A stretch of DNA of 64,000 nt from contig CM082585.2 in NCBI GenBank assembly GCA_040954595.2, positions 11,608,979-11,672,978 on the forward strand, given 5' to 3'. Source of the DNA: Balanoglossus misakiensis (taxonomy: Eukaryota > Animalia > Hemichordata). This document shows, one piece after another, positions 10,915-21,945 of this stretch. Below the pieces are notes generated by a model. That model had not been told where the DNA came from, searched no databases, and was given only the letters and a program-made list of their open reading frames with translations. The translations under genes were made by a program, and so were the position numbers. Numbering within the stretch: the stretch's first letter is position 1; the number at the start of each line of letters is the position of its first letter.

Positions 10915-13875
10915 TCAAATCGTATTACTGATTACAGTATTGCGAATGTCTTGGAGGCTGAAAGCTGTGTTGAAGACAAAGTTTTCTGGGTCTTTCTGTT
11001 CCATCAGCATAATCCCTTTGCCACTGACTGCTAAGTAGAGACCTACAGAGGAAAACAAAACAGAATCTGTCTAGGTTACAATATTCTTGCATAGTAAAGA
11101 GTTATCTTGGATCAGATTGCAAACAAAAGTTTTTAGATGATGAGAGAAAAGTAGTAAATGTATTCATGATTGCTTACCTCTAAAATATGCTGACTCAAAG
11201 ACATATCTATCTGTACCCTTAGCCCACAGTCTGCGATAAAACACTCTGCCATCAACATGTTTCAACTTCTCCAGGCTGACGAAGCCCACCTTCTGAAAAA
11301 TAGAAAGCATTGGATATATTTTAAAATCCCCACTCATTTTTGGTGTGAAAGTAACCTTAGCTTTTTATATACAAGAAAGCCATGATAACACTTTGTTTTC
11401 AAGTTTGAGAATTATTTTACCTTGAATGTCAGACTGCGATTGCGTCCTGTTGAAACGGCCAGGCACTTGTTGAATTGTTGGTTGAAGAGTACGACCGCAA
11501 GATCTGGATCGTCTGGGTTGACTTCATTTTGTATGTCGTATGGCCACAGAACTTTGTACTGGTACATTGTCCATTGTCCTGCAATTATTCACAGAAGGAA
11601 TAGACTAATTTAGAGATAAAAAGTTCAATACTTACAATCATCTTGCATCAATCAAGATACCTTGCTGAAAACTGTTTTCATTCTCTGCCATGTATGAACA
11701 AAAATCTGTTTTCTCTCACCTTCTTTGAAATCATTATTTGCCGCCACTACTTGCAATCGATTCCTGTCAGGCATGGCAACAAAAGAACTGGAATCATTGG
11801 AAGGATATATATATGTGTTGTATCTGTCATAGTAATGCACCATGGGGAATCCATCATCAGATTTATCTATGTATTCCCTCTCCAAGACAATTGTCTCAAA
11901 AACAATTTTGCCATCTGGAAATCAAACAAAATAGAATCAGATTAGCAATTGAGTGTTGCACTCAACATACAGCCAATATGTCACAGTTTCAGGGAGGAAA
12001 CATGTCCTTGTGAACAAAACGAGACTGACCATCAAACTAGCATACTTGGTTTTATCTCTAACTTTTTAAAAAGAAACTTCATTGGCCAATACACCGACAC
12101 ACAATAATTGAAGGTGGTGTAAAAACTCACTGTCAATCAGAATGTCTATCTTGATTTCAATAAATGTGTACACTTCAGTTGGTCCGTCATCTTCATCATC
12201 ATCATCATCGTCGTCATCATCAGGCTCAAGTTCTATCTTTCTCTTCAAGATCTGCAAACAGAAAAATATTTCCATGCTATTGAGAATTGTTTCAACTCTT
12301 TAATCACATGGCAGATGTTAGTAAATGTTCATTCAATTACACACTGTCACTGCATGAAGTAATTCTGAAAATGTACATGCAATTTGACCACCAACTTTTG
12401 CCTACTTACAAATATAATTTGTCCGTCCATTTGATGAAAACGGTCCAAGATATCCCTGTGTTCAGCTGCTGAGACATCAAGGCCATTAACTGCATGCAGA
12501 ACATCACCAACTCTGTGAGATTGAAAATATATCATGTTACAAGAGGACATTAAAGTTTGATCCAACTCGGGGAGAAAAGATTATTTTGCAGTGTTCTGCT
12601 GTGTTTGTGACAGCAGTCTTTAGTCACCTTTCAATGTTATCCAATACACAAGACCACATCAAAGCTGTGTATGCGACTACAATGTTCCGACTAAAATACT
12701 ATATGGCAGCTACAATACCTCAATTTGGTTTTCTTTACAAAATCATGTTGTTCTTCTACCGCCGTAATTTTGTGCTTCTTTCTATCTGGAGTTTTGTCGT
12801 CGACATCTGTGCTGAATTTTACTCCCAGTGAGTGAAGATGATCATCAGTGCAAGGTATTTTGATGTCAGATTCCTCATGGATTATTGGTGCTTCCTGTGC
12901 AGAAATCAATCAGTGTGTCAGTCAATACATAAAAACAATTAGTCAAGATCTGCTTTGTTTCATCATTAAAAAACAACATGCACTAAATGCCTGTACTCTA
13001 ACACTAACCAGGCATTGTCTGAAATATTATTCTGGCTTTCATTAACGTTTTTGTTTTATAAAAACAATCAAAGCAATCTTAACTTTTAGCTATTTGGTAT
13101 AAAATATACTCCATTTCTGTGTTTGTAAACAAACAAACAAACAAACAAACAAACAAACAAACAAACAAACAAACAAACAAACAAACAAACCATGAGAGAA
13201 CATCCCATGGCCATATCCCTGTGATGGAGCTACACTATCTCCATCATGGGTTTTACCGATTGCATAATTTAAAGGCTATAAATAACCGAGGAATTTCCCT
13301 TACATTGCAGGGATGACAGCTCGAACTTCCGTATTTAAATACATGTACGTCCAAGATTGCCTAGCGAATTTAGTGAAGTATGTACAATTTCACCATCGAT
13401 GGCTGAAATATGGTTCGTGAATAACCCCACTCGTGCCACGGTGCAAGGGTCAAACCGGCGAAGAAAACGGTGAGTGATTTATAGACCGCGGAACCACCAC
13501 TTGTAATGAATTATCTGAGTGAAAAAACGATCGAGAGGGTTGGGGAAAATTTGCCAATAGGATGACATGAAATTGACAACTTACCATACTATCCTGTGCT
13601 CGTATACAAGGTGTTATCACCTCGATCACTTTGTGTTCAAAGTCTTCCAGGCGGGAATGAATTGTGCTTGTCAAAGAGCCAATGAAGGATTCACTCTCCA
13701 CAGGACGCGATTTTTGAAGCCCGCTGACTCTCTCTTCTCCGCACAGCTTTCCATCAACGCTGTCGTCAAATTCACCATCGAGGCCCAGACCTCGCATGGC
13801 GGTTGTGAACGACTTCTGTTTTTTAAATGCGCGAGGATCGGGCGATCGGGATCGAGTAGTTTTTTGTCCAATCAT
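10915..13875 (-). CDS. IL-1/IL-18-like beta-trefoil cytokine precursor with N-terminal PDZ domain, ~428 aa; exons 13585-13875, 12719-12894, 12410-12512, 12131-12251, 11720-11914, 11421-11578, 11178-11292, 10915-11042
   Basis: All seven GT-AG junctions are phase-compatible (1287 nt). PDZ: HSLGVKF...KITAVEE...KLRVGDVLHAVNGLDVSAAEHRDILDRF. Acidic run EPDDDDDDDDDEDDG. C-terminal QWTMYQYK...LAVVLFNQQFNKCLAVS...SLTFK|K...RVFYRR...RYVFESAYFRGLYLAVS resembles the IL-1 family signature. The start codon choice is less certain. Confidence 0.8.
13127..13190. repeat. (AAAC)n microsatellite
   Basis: Read directly from the sequence. Confidence 0.95.
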
Positions 13876-13924
13876 GTCGAAGTCTCCGATTTTTTCAGAG
13901 TGTGTCTCAGTTAAACATCTACTA

Positions 13925-14010
13925 GTAAAGTTCCCAGGCTGTCGAATGCTCAGGCTGTCGATATTTATAGACATGGAAATCCGTGACGTGTACAGACGGG
14001 GAATTCCCCA
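13925..14010 (-). promoter_or_regulatory. Core promoter of the IL-1-like gene: perfect NF-kB palindrome, CRE half-site and TATA box
   Basis: GGGGAATTCCCC at 13998-14009; TGACGT at 13984-13989; TATAAAT on the minus strand at ~13963-13969; kB-like GGGAACTTT (minus) at 13927-13935; ATG at 13875. Confidence 0.7.
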
Positions 14011-14915
14011 TCGGGAACAGTTCACTATTCAGTTGGGTAGGTCAACATTTTTGGTGGTGTTAGCAAACTTATCAATTTCAAAACATTCGAATTATTGTAG
14101 GAAATCAAGAGTAGCGTACGCCAACCTTGGGGTCCGGTGTGTATTTTTATGACATTTTTCTTTCTTCGATATTTTTGCAATCCCCCCTTTTAAAGTTGGT
14201 CCTGCCCACCCCTCCCGTCGTGACTTTGGTTTACACCGATCGCAACCCACACATTTCCATATTTGGCAGCTCCAGCGGAAATCAATACGAACACAGGAAG
14301 TCAGAGTCAATCGACTTTACATGATGTAATATTGCACGTGTGAAGCTCAAGAAAAGTTGGAAATGAGAAAAAAAGCATGAAACATAGAGGCTGTGCGTGA
14401 TTTTTTTTATAACAAGCGTTGTCTTGTCATCTGCAAATTTTGGCAAGACAATTTGAGATGGCGGGGGGGGGGGGGAACAACACAATACACATAATTAATC
14501 TTACAGCAGTTATCATTTATTGTAAAATCTTGGATACCAAACTTAAGACCTCAACACACTACTTATTTGCAAATAATTGGACAAAATCACTGACATTTCA
14601 TTTCATTTTGGTTAATTTCTTCTATTTGGTAACTATATGAAAGTTCAAAAAATATCCTCACTAATTTACAAATCTATTGCAAACATGATGTTGGTCATTC
14701 TTTATAGTAAAGACTTGTACTATAAAAAAATTTCATGTAAATAATTATTTTGCTACACACTACAAATCGGACATTCAAGGTTTCTTTGACTTTTCTGATG
14801 TGATGACCTTCGATATCTGAAAGTGTGATTATCTTTGCCAATACAGTGCAATTGGGATGATGATTAGTATCTTCCCTATCACTGCTGATAATTCAATCTT
14901 TATAGAGTGATCTAA

Positions 14916-15000
14916 CCCTTTCATCGGCATGGTTCAGTCCAAACCCATTGTTTTCTATGGTAAGGCTGGACCTCTAAAGAGCGAACTAGGGGTGAAAGGG
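14916..15000. mobile_element. Short MITE with CCCTTTCA/TGAAAGGG termini and (C/T)TAA flanks (piggyBac-like ends)
   Basis: ctaa-CCCTTTCA...TGAAAGGG-ttaa. Confidence 0.5.
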
Positions 15001-15348
15001 TTAATCTATTGGACTTCTGGAAGTTGATGCAAACATGACATTCATAAACCAAATTGAGTTTCAATTTGTATGGACATCATGTACAAACACTTGGCAGTTG
15101 GCTCTTTACAAGAAACATGTACTTTTCAGTGGTGGCGGCGTCAGCTAAAAACTGCATTTCTTGGACATAAGATACAATTATCTACTTAAAGCAATTATAA
15201 CACATTGTACATGTGTCGGACATTTCTTAAAGCTCTCAACTTTTCAGCAGCTTTTGAGTTCTACGTTTACCAAATGTCTTTTGGCCACAATTGCTGATTT
15301 CTGACACTAGCATTTGCCAGAAATTGTGATGTCATTTTAAAGTCAAAA

Positions 15349-18300
15349 CTAAATTGCGATATTTGGAACATGTTCATGATGGACCTGAGCTTTAATGTTT
15401 TCTCTTTTCGTTTCATCGTCCAGACTTACAGCGACAAAGTCTGTTTCTAGTGCTGAATCTGCACTCACTGCAGTTCCACTTCTGGTAGTTACACCCCCGT
15501 TGTCCAGTCCCGGCCCGTCCACCAGGTCAGAGGTCGGTGAACCGCAATACCCACTCTCACCCGATGAGCTTATCTGCCAATCGATCAGATTCTGTCGCTC
15601 CAACTCTTCCGACTGGAGCGTCTTCGACTGATCAGATATAGCCTTCAGGGCGTGGGATCTCCCTGACGGACTTCTTGGTAACTGCAGCAACAATGTCTTC
15701 CAGAATTTGGCGGTTTTCTTCAAATTGTCCGGTTGCCATTTCAGACAATTTGTGACCCTGATGATGTGTTTCAGGGCTTTCATGTGATCAATATCTGCAT
15801 TGGCTGGAAGTTCTTTGGCAATGATGATAACCAGGTTGCTGTGGAGTTTGAGAGAATGTTCTAATGCCACGTTGAATTGAAACGAACTCCAATGCTCCTT
15901 CAGGTAGTCGGGGGTCAGCACAATGATCCAACTTTGGCTGGCTTCAATCGACTCAACAACACTATCTGCAATAGCTATCATACAAATACAAATGAAAAGT
16001 TAGTAAAACGTGTGATTTTTTGGAAATTTTTACTTTCAAATCTATAAATTTCTGATGTAGTTTTGCAACAATGCATGTACAGGATAGTCATTTGATTAAC
16101 TTTTGATACACTGATTATAGAATATTTTAGGTTTAATCAGAAAGCAATTATGACTTACCAGTTCCAGCCAAGAAATCTCTTTGCTCGACACAAAGTTTGA
16201 ATCCGCACTTTCCCTCAAGGTAGCGCATAATGACATATTTGACAAAGCGAAAATCTTGATCTGTTCCACTGTGTGAGATGAACACATCATACTTCTTGTC
16301 ATCTGTGGAAACAGAACACAAATGTGGATGAAACTGTATGACACATGGCAGTTGCAATGTGCTACAAACAGGTATTGTCTTCCTAAAAAGTTTATACTAC
16401 ATTCCTGATTATTAAAGATACAAAGTCTCACTTTTAGTACGGTAAAGAAATTTAAAATTTCAAAAAAATTATCAAAAATTTATCAATATTAAAGTTACAT
16501 GTTTATCATCATGGCCGATCTCAGTGACGCAAATTCAAATTTTGGCCTTGAGTGAGAAACTTCCAGGTTTTCCTGTTAACTTCCATATTTATTTTGTGTG
16601 CAAACAATTATCCGGTACTCATATTCAGCAGATACCGGAAAATTCCAGTTAATGACGGACAAAATTTGGGTCAGGGACTGCTGTACTATGACCTATATTC
16701 CTGCCCAGTTGAATGCTCTGCAATTCTCTGGTTTGCTTCATACATCCTTCATTGCACATGGGGTCTTTGGTAAACTGGGTTTATATTAGAATATTTCTCT
16801 GGAAGTGTATATAAACCAAAGTTCAAAGACTGACGATCATATTTCTCATGCGTGTTTATCATTGGAGCACGTATTCAGGACTATGACCCAGTTATCTTTG
16901 GCACTGATGAATGGGTGAATGCACTGGCTCTATAGACATTAAAAGCCATGAATACTATTTCCAGGAAATTTTATTCTGGGGGGATATGGTGAGCAGGAGT
17001 GGGGTGCTTTGAGCAGAAGAAAAGAAAAAAGTTTGACAATTCGTGGCGATAATGTTACATTCTTTGGAACGTGGATCCGGACATGTTTTTCACGGAATAG
17101 AACAGAAATATATTTCTTTGAATACAGTAATCATCCTATCAGTTCCGCTGTACAGGTTATAAGGTCAAACACAGAATGATGTCTGAGTATCTTATGTCTG
17201 GACTGGTCTTTTGAAATTCTTAAAATTTTCTCAGCATATCTCAAATGTCCATTGTTGAAGTATTACCCAGCATCTAGGTTTTTTTGAAATGCGATAACTG
17301 GGTTAAAAGGTTTATGAGGCTTTGATATGATTTAAAGGCTGACACCAGTGAACCCACTTGTAATTGTTTGACAAGGCTACGTGACTTGAATCCTATGACC
17401 TATATATGGTACTGGTTAAAACCACTTTTGGTTGTCACTGTTTTGTAAATATTTTCACACCTGTTGAATATTAGGCTTGTGCTTTCGCAGTGGTATTACC
17501 ACATGGTTCAGTACAAGGAAAAACATCAACAGCTTTGATGAGAGAACAAACATTAACTAATGGAATGTTTATCAAACTGCCCTCTTGATGACATCACAAA
17601 ACTGGTTTTGGTCACTGGACCGCTCGCGTAAACATGTTAACAACCGACAACAAGGCGGTGACTGCCCTATTGTGAGTTGTGACCCCACGAAAGGTGTGGC
17701 AAAAGTCCAAGGAGGGGTCATGACCTCCAGGAGGCAGCCATAAAAAGAAATAGTACCATATACGGTAGTAAGTTGCTGATCAATTTCCGTAGGAAATTAC
17801 CATCACCTATTCAACAAAGACTGAACAGGCCAGCAATTAACTTACATAATGTTGAGTAATCGAAGAACTGCGGACCGGACCGGACCGGAACTACCAGTAG
17901 GAATGTGCTCTTTAGAAAATATAACACAGCAGTGTAACTGAATAATACACTCATGATTTCTACATATCGTGTTTTATGGGAAGAGCTGATCTGTAATTAG
18001 ACTCTGGTTATGAAATGTGATATTGTATATTGCACATTTCTCCGTCTCAAGAAGGCAACTCAGTCCTTTTGAGTTCAATCAGAGTTCAGAACCTGATGGG
18101 CCTGCAAATATACCAGATATCACTAGAAATACTCAGAGACCAGGTGTATGTAGACCATTGTGGTGGCAGTTTTGCATGTCCTCAAGATATTCTCTTTGAA
18201 TTTAATTTTGTAGGTATGTGTATAACATGTAATTAACACTAAACAGACTGGTGGAAAACAGTTTAAAATTCATGTTTGTCCCTTCTTTTATTATATATAT

Positions 18301-20988
18301 ATTTGCTTAAATAAATATTAACATATTTGGAAGTGTAACGCAAAATGGACATAACTCCAAGATCATTTACAAATACATAAATCTGCATGCATGAAATATT
18401 GATAAATCTGTGAAATATATTATAAACAATGTTGAATATTTCTGTATGGTATAAATATCTCTAACACTGTAAAAAACTCCTCTGTATCCAAGTCTGTATC
18501 TGTATATTGTAGAATTCTTCAGGTCTTTCATAAACCCTTGAGGCTCTTGGTGAAACACTACCAAGACTATCATAAAAGCAGACTGCTGATTGGTTATTGC
18601 TCATCTTCTGTGGTCACTCCAACCAATTGGAACCATTCTTCTGATACACTGTGAGATGTCGCCAGGTCATCACACCGCTTCTTACATTTTTGCACTGGCA
18701 GTCAGAAAGAGGCTGTTTATGTGTTCAACATCCCAACCATTACCTCTAACCCCCCCCCCCCCCCTAGATGAAACCCTGCAACTCTCATTGTCAATGAAAG
18801 ATCAACAGTTCTAAGAAAAATTCTTAATCTTTTCTTAAGTAAATATTTCTTGTAAAAATGTCTATGAATTTAAAATTCACACATTTAACATTATCTCACT
18901 AGTTTCCCCTTTACTATGTAAAATTGCTACATAGCAGCTTATCACTGTTACTAATATAGTACAACAAAGAATCTTATGTATTCAAAAGACGATAAATGGT
19001 AACAAATGCATGACACAGCATATTCTACCAGGGTCTAGTATGTATGTTGCCTTCCATGTGGAGAGCGCCTTCTAGTGGTAAATCTGGCAGTTCATGTTTT
19101 ACTTGAACATTTCTTTGTCACCTTCAGCCAAAGATTTAAGAAAAATACTACTGTATCTTCGATTGTTTTTGAAACCTTTTTTATACAACATGTTTGTCAA
19201 ATGTGTTATATGTGCTTCTGTTGTCTTCCGTTTTGAGGTTTGTGCGATCCTTTTCTGGCAGAGAGGGCGCTTTCTCGAGTGAGGGAGGACACTTACCATT
19301 TTTTTCCACTTTGCCAAAATTGTACTTGTAGATGAGTTTTATATCAAGTTTGAATGTCATGCCAAGGGCGGACAGAATGAGTGCCATGATGACAATCGAT
19401 GAAAGGACTATAATTATGATCAATAGGGTTGTGCTTTCTGCAGTTGAAGGTCCTGGATTTGGATCTGAAAGAAAATGGAGAACATTCTAAATTGAAAAGT
19501 ATTGTATTTGATATGTACAACGAAAGTTATTATTTATAACTAGCCTACTTTAAAGGCCAATATTTGTTGATGTTAGCATTTCTATAGATTTTAACAAATG
19601 ATCACTTTTTCACTTATTAAATCAGGGATACAGTTGCATGCTGTTACCCTCACAGCCAGTCAATATGCATATACTATATCCCCCTGGAGTTGCTTTGTTA
19701 TCTGCCTCTGCAAATGTACAATAAACAGACTTACCCCCATAACTCAGTACCAAAGGAATATCTATGCTTCCATGGGCGTTGACTGCTTTCACTACATATG
19801 TGGCATAAGTAGAAGCTCTTATGTCTTGTATGTAAAGATATATGCCGATGGTTTCATTGTCATCTCTGAAATCAATACACAAATAATTTTGTTGTTGTTG
19901 TTGTTGTTGTTGACTATTTTTGTTTGGTTATCAATTGCAGTCCTATCCTACCATTGAATACAACAGGGTGGAACTATATTTTCATGGTAAAGGGTCTTGC
20001 TATTTGCCTCTCACCTTCCCCTCTGTCTGGTACTGTATGTTCTGTTATCTAAGTCTTCTATGAAGTAATTACTTGTCTGGTTGTGCTTGTACCAAAAAAT
20101 CATCTTGTCTTCGTCTCCACCATGTCCAAAGAAGAACTCGCAGTAGAACGTCACATTAGAGCCATGGAGTCTGGTGTAGTTACGGCAACGTGTCGAGTTC
20201 AGCTGGTGGGGTTTCTCTGTAAACTGCATTGCTGTGTGTGTATGGGAAAAGTTTGAAAAACAATTTGCTTTGTTAATTTTTAACTGAGAGTAGTGATGAT
20301 CTGACGGAATTGAACACATCTGTACTTTGGATTGAATGTACACCAATATACTGCAATTTATTCTCAACAGAGCCATACAGACATGACCATGTACTTGAAA
20401 AATTCAAAGAAAATCTTACGTTTGGCCTGTAGTTCTTTGGTGTGGCTGATTGTACTTGTTCCATTGGAAGCACTACATGTATAGCTTGCCTCATCCCTCG
20501 TCATCAAATACCGGAATACTAAGGTCTGGTTTCCATTATCCATGAAAGTCTCTGCTTGATCGACCCCTTTCCATGGATAAGGATCAGAGCCTTTATACCA
20601 AGTCATCATCAAATACCCTTCGGCACAGCACGACATGTCTTTGTATTGGGTAATGGTTCCAAACTCAAGATCACCCATGTCTGGGTTTGTGAACTTGAAA
20701 GTGTCATCTATATTGAAAAGAAACAGCAATCAAATACCAAAAGATCAACTAAAAGTACATGATAATGATACCCCTAACTATTGACTTGTCATAAAACTGA
20801 AAGTTGTTTTATAAAAGCGAAAGTTGCGTATTTAATTACATCTTGGTTGTCAAGTTGTGAGACCCACCTTCATCGTGCCCATTAAACTGATCACAGACGT
20901 TTTTCCCATGAGCATGGAATACCAAAATCGAAGACAATATTATTATGACTATTCTGGACTGCAGTGGACACCTTGTCAGTTGTTCCAT
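15349..20988 (-). CDS. Interleukin-1 receptor-like protein (signal peptide, 2 Ig domains, TM, TIR, C-terminal tail), ~564 aa; exons 20868-20988, 20420-20707, 20015-20231, 19735-19865, 19297-19464, 16159-16302, 15349-15974
   Basis: Hydrophobic leader IVIIILSSILVFHAHG; Ig1 SCCAEG..TWYK...DEASYTCSASN; Ig2 VTFYCEF..FWYK; TM LLIIIIVLSSIVIMALILSALGM; juxtamembrane/box1 KLDIKLIYKYNFG..DDKKYDVFISHS typical of IL1R/IL1RAPL; box2 GFKLCVEQRDFLAG; box3 KFWKTLLLQLP. Exons sum to 1695 nt in frame. Confidence 0.88.
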
Positions 20989-21945
20989 GGTTTTCAATGA
21001 ACTGAAATAGTAAAGCAATATCATTTGGGATGTTATGCTATTTTACACGTAAATGATGAATTCAGCATAATTTGGGAAACCCCGCCTGCGTCATCGCCTT
21101 ACAAAGGAACTGATGAAGTGCGGAGGAGAGGAGTGCGTAACGGCCCGTACGTCATTAATCTCACCCCTGACTTTGTTCATGTATGAGCGTGACCAGGAAG
21201 GTCCAAGAAAGTAACTTACAAACACAATGTTGGTCTGATCACAGTGACTGTGCTGATCACCATCACCATCAGTAAGATCAGGATGTGACAACCGTGTTCC
21301 ACTTTCAAAAACTTTGTACACAACATACATTCCATGCCAATATTACCTTAAATAATTACGGACTCATGTTACTTTCAACGTCATGTTGCATTTCATAGCC
21401 CGGCCGCGTGATGACCTCATTTGACTCGGACGCAAAGCGCGCGTTTTAGGGCAAATTCCAGGAAATCGCCGCCTTAGAACCGGAAGTAAATAAATGTGAC
21501 TTCAGTACAATACAAAGTAGGCAAAGATGGCTAGAATAGCTTCGCAGACATAGCCATTTTACCTGTTTAAACTATTTTACCCCACTGCGATATTAAAGTT
21601 TTAATTAACACAGTTGCTAAGCAACCAGACGCCACAGCCGGCCCACCAAAGGTACAACCCCTCCCTACCATACTTACCCACCCCCATCAATTCATGAATT
21701 GGTCCAGTTCAGTTCCTCTTGCACTCAATGCGCAGTCTCTGTCCACGTTCTTGCAAAGGTGGCACCCTTCGACAGTGAAGAACTTTGTTTTCATTTTCCC
21801 TACCCGGTACTCCAGTATTCTTGCCAATATAGAGTAGTTGTGTAGAGGGTACACGGTTTGTCAGGTCAGTAGTCTTTTCATCAAAGACATTCTTGTGGGA
21901 AGATCGTACCAAATAATTTATTTGACGCTTTAAAACCCTTCGACC
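20989..21945. promoter_or_regulatory. Divergent promoter region between the IL-1R-like gene and GCC2, with kB- and ETS-like motifs
   Basis: Head-to-head genes; GGGAAACCCC at ~21074-21083; CCGGAAGT at ~21480; a possible non-coding exon donor on the minus strand near 21561. Confidence 0.45.

Noticed and set aside
11661-11719. Alternative donor after ...KTVFSK in the IL-1-like gene
   Set aside because: This phase-0 junction puts the next exon into a frame with a stop; the phase-1 donor at 11720 keeps the frame and the IL-1-like motifs.
13876-14025. N-terminal extension of ORF 13450..14025 (MNCSRWG.../MSINID...)
   Set aside because: It overlaps the NF-kB palindrome and TATA box, so it is more likely promoter/5' UTR than coding.
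16430-18800. Possible nested gene or transposase in the long IL-1R-like intron
   Set aside because: Only short ORFs with no recognisable motifs and no consistent splice chain; at most decayed repeat fragments.
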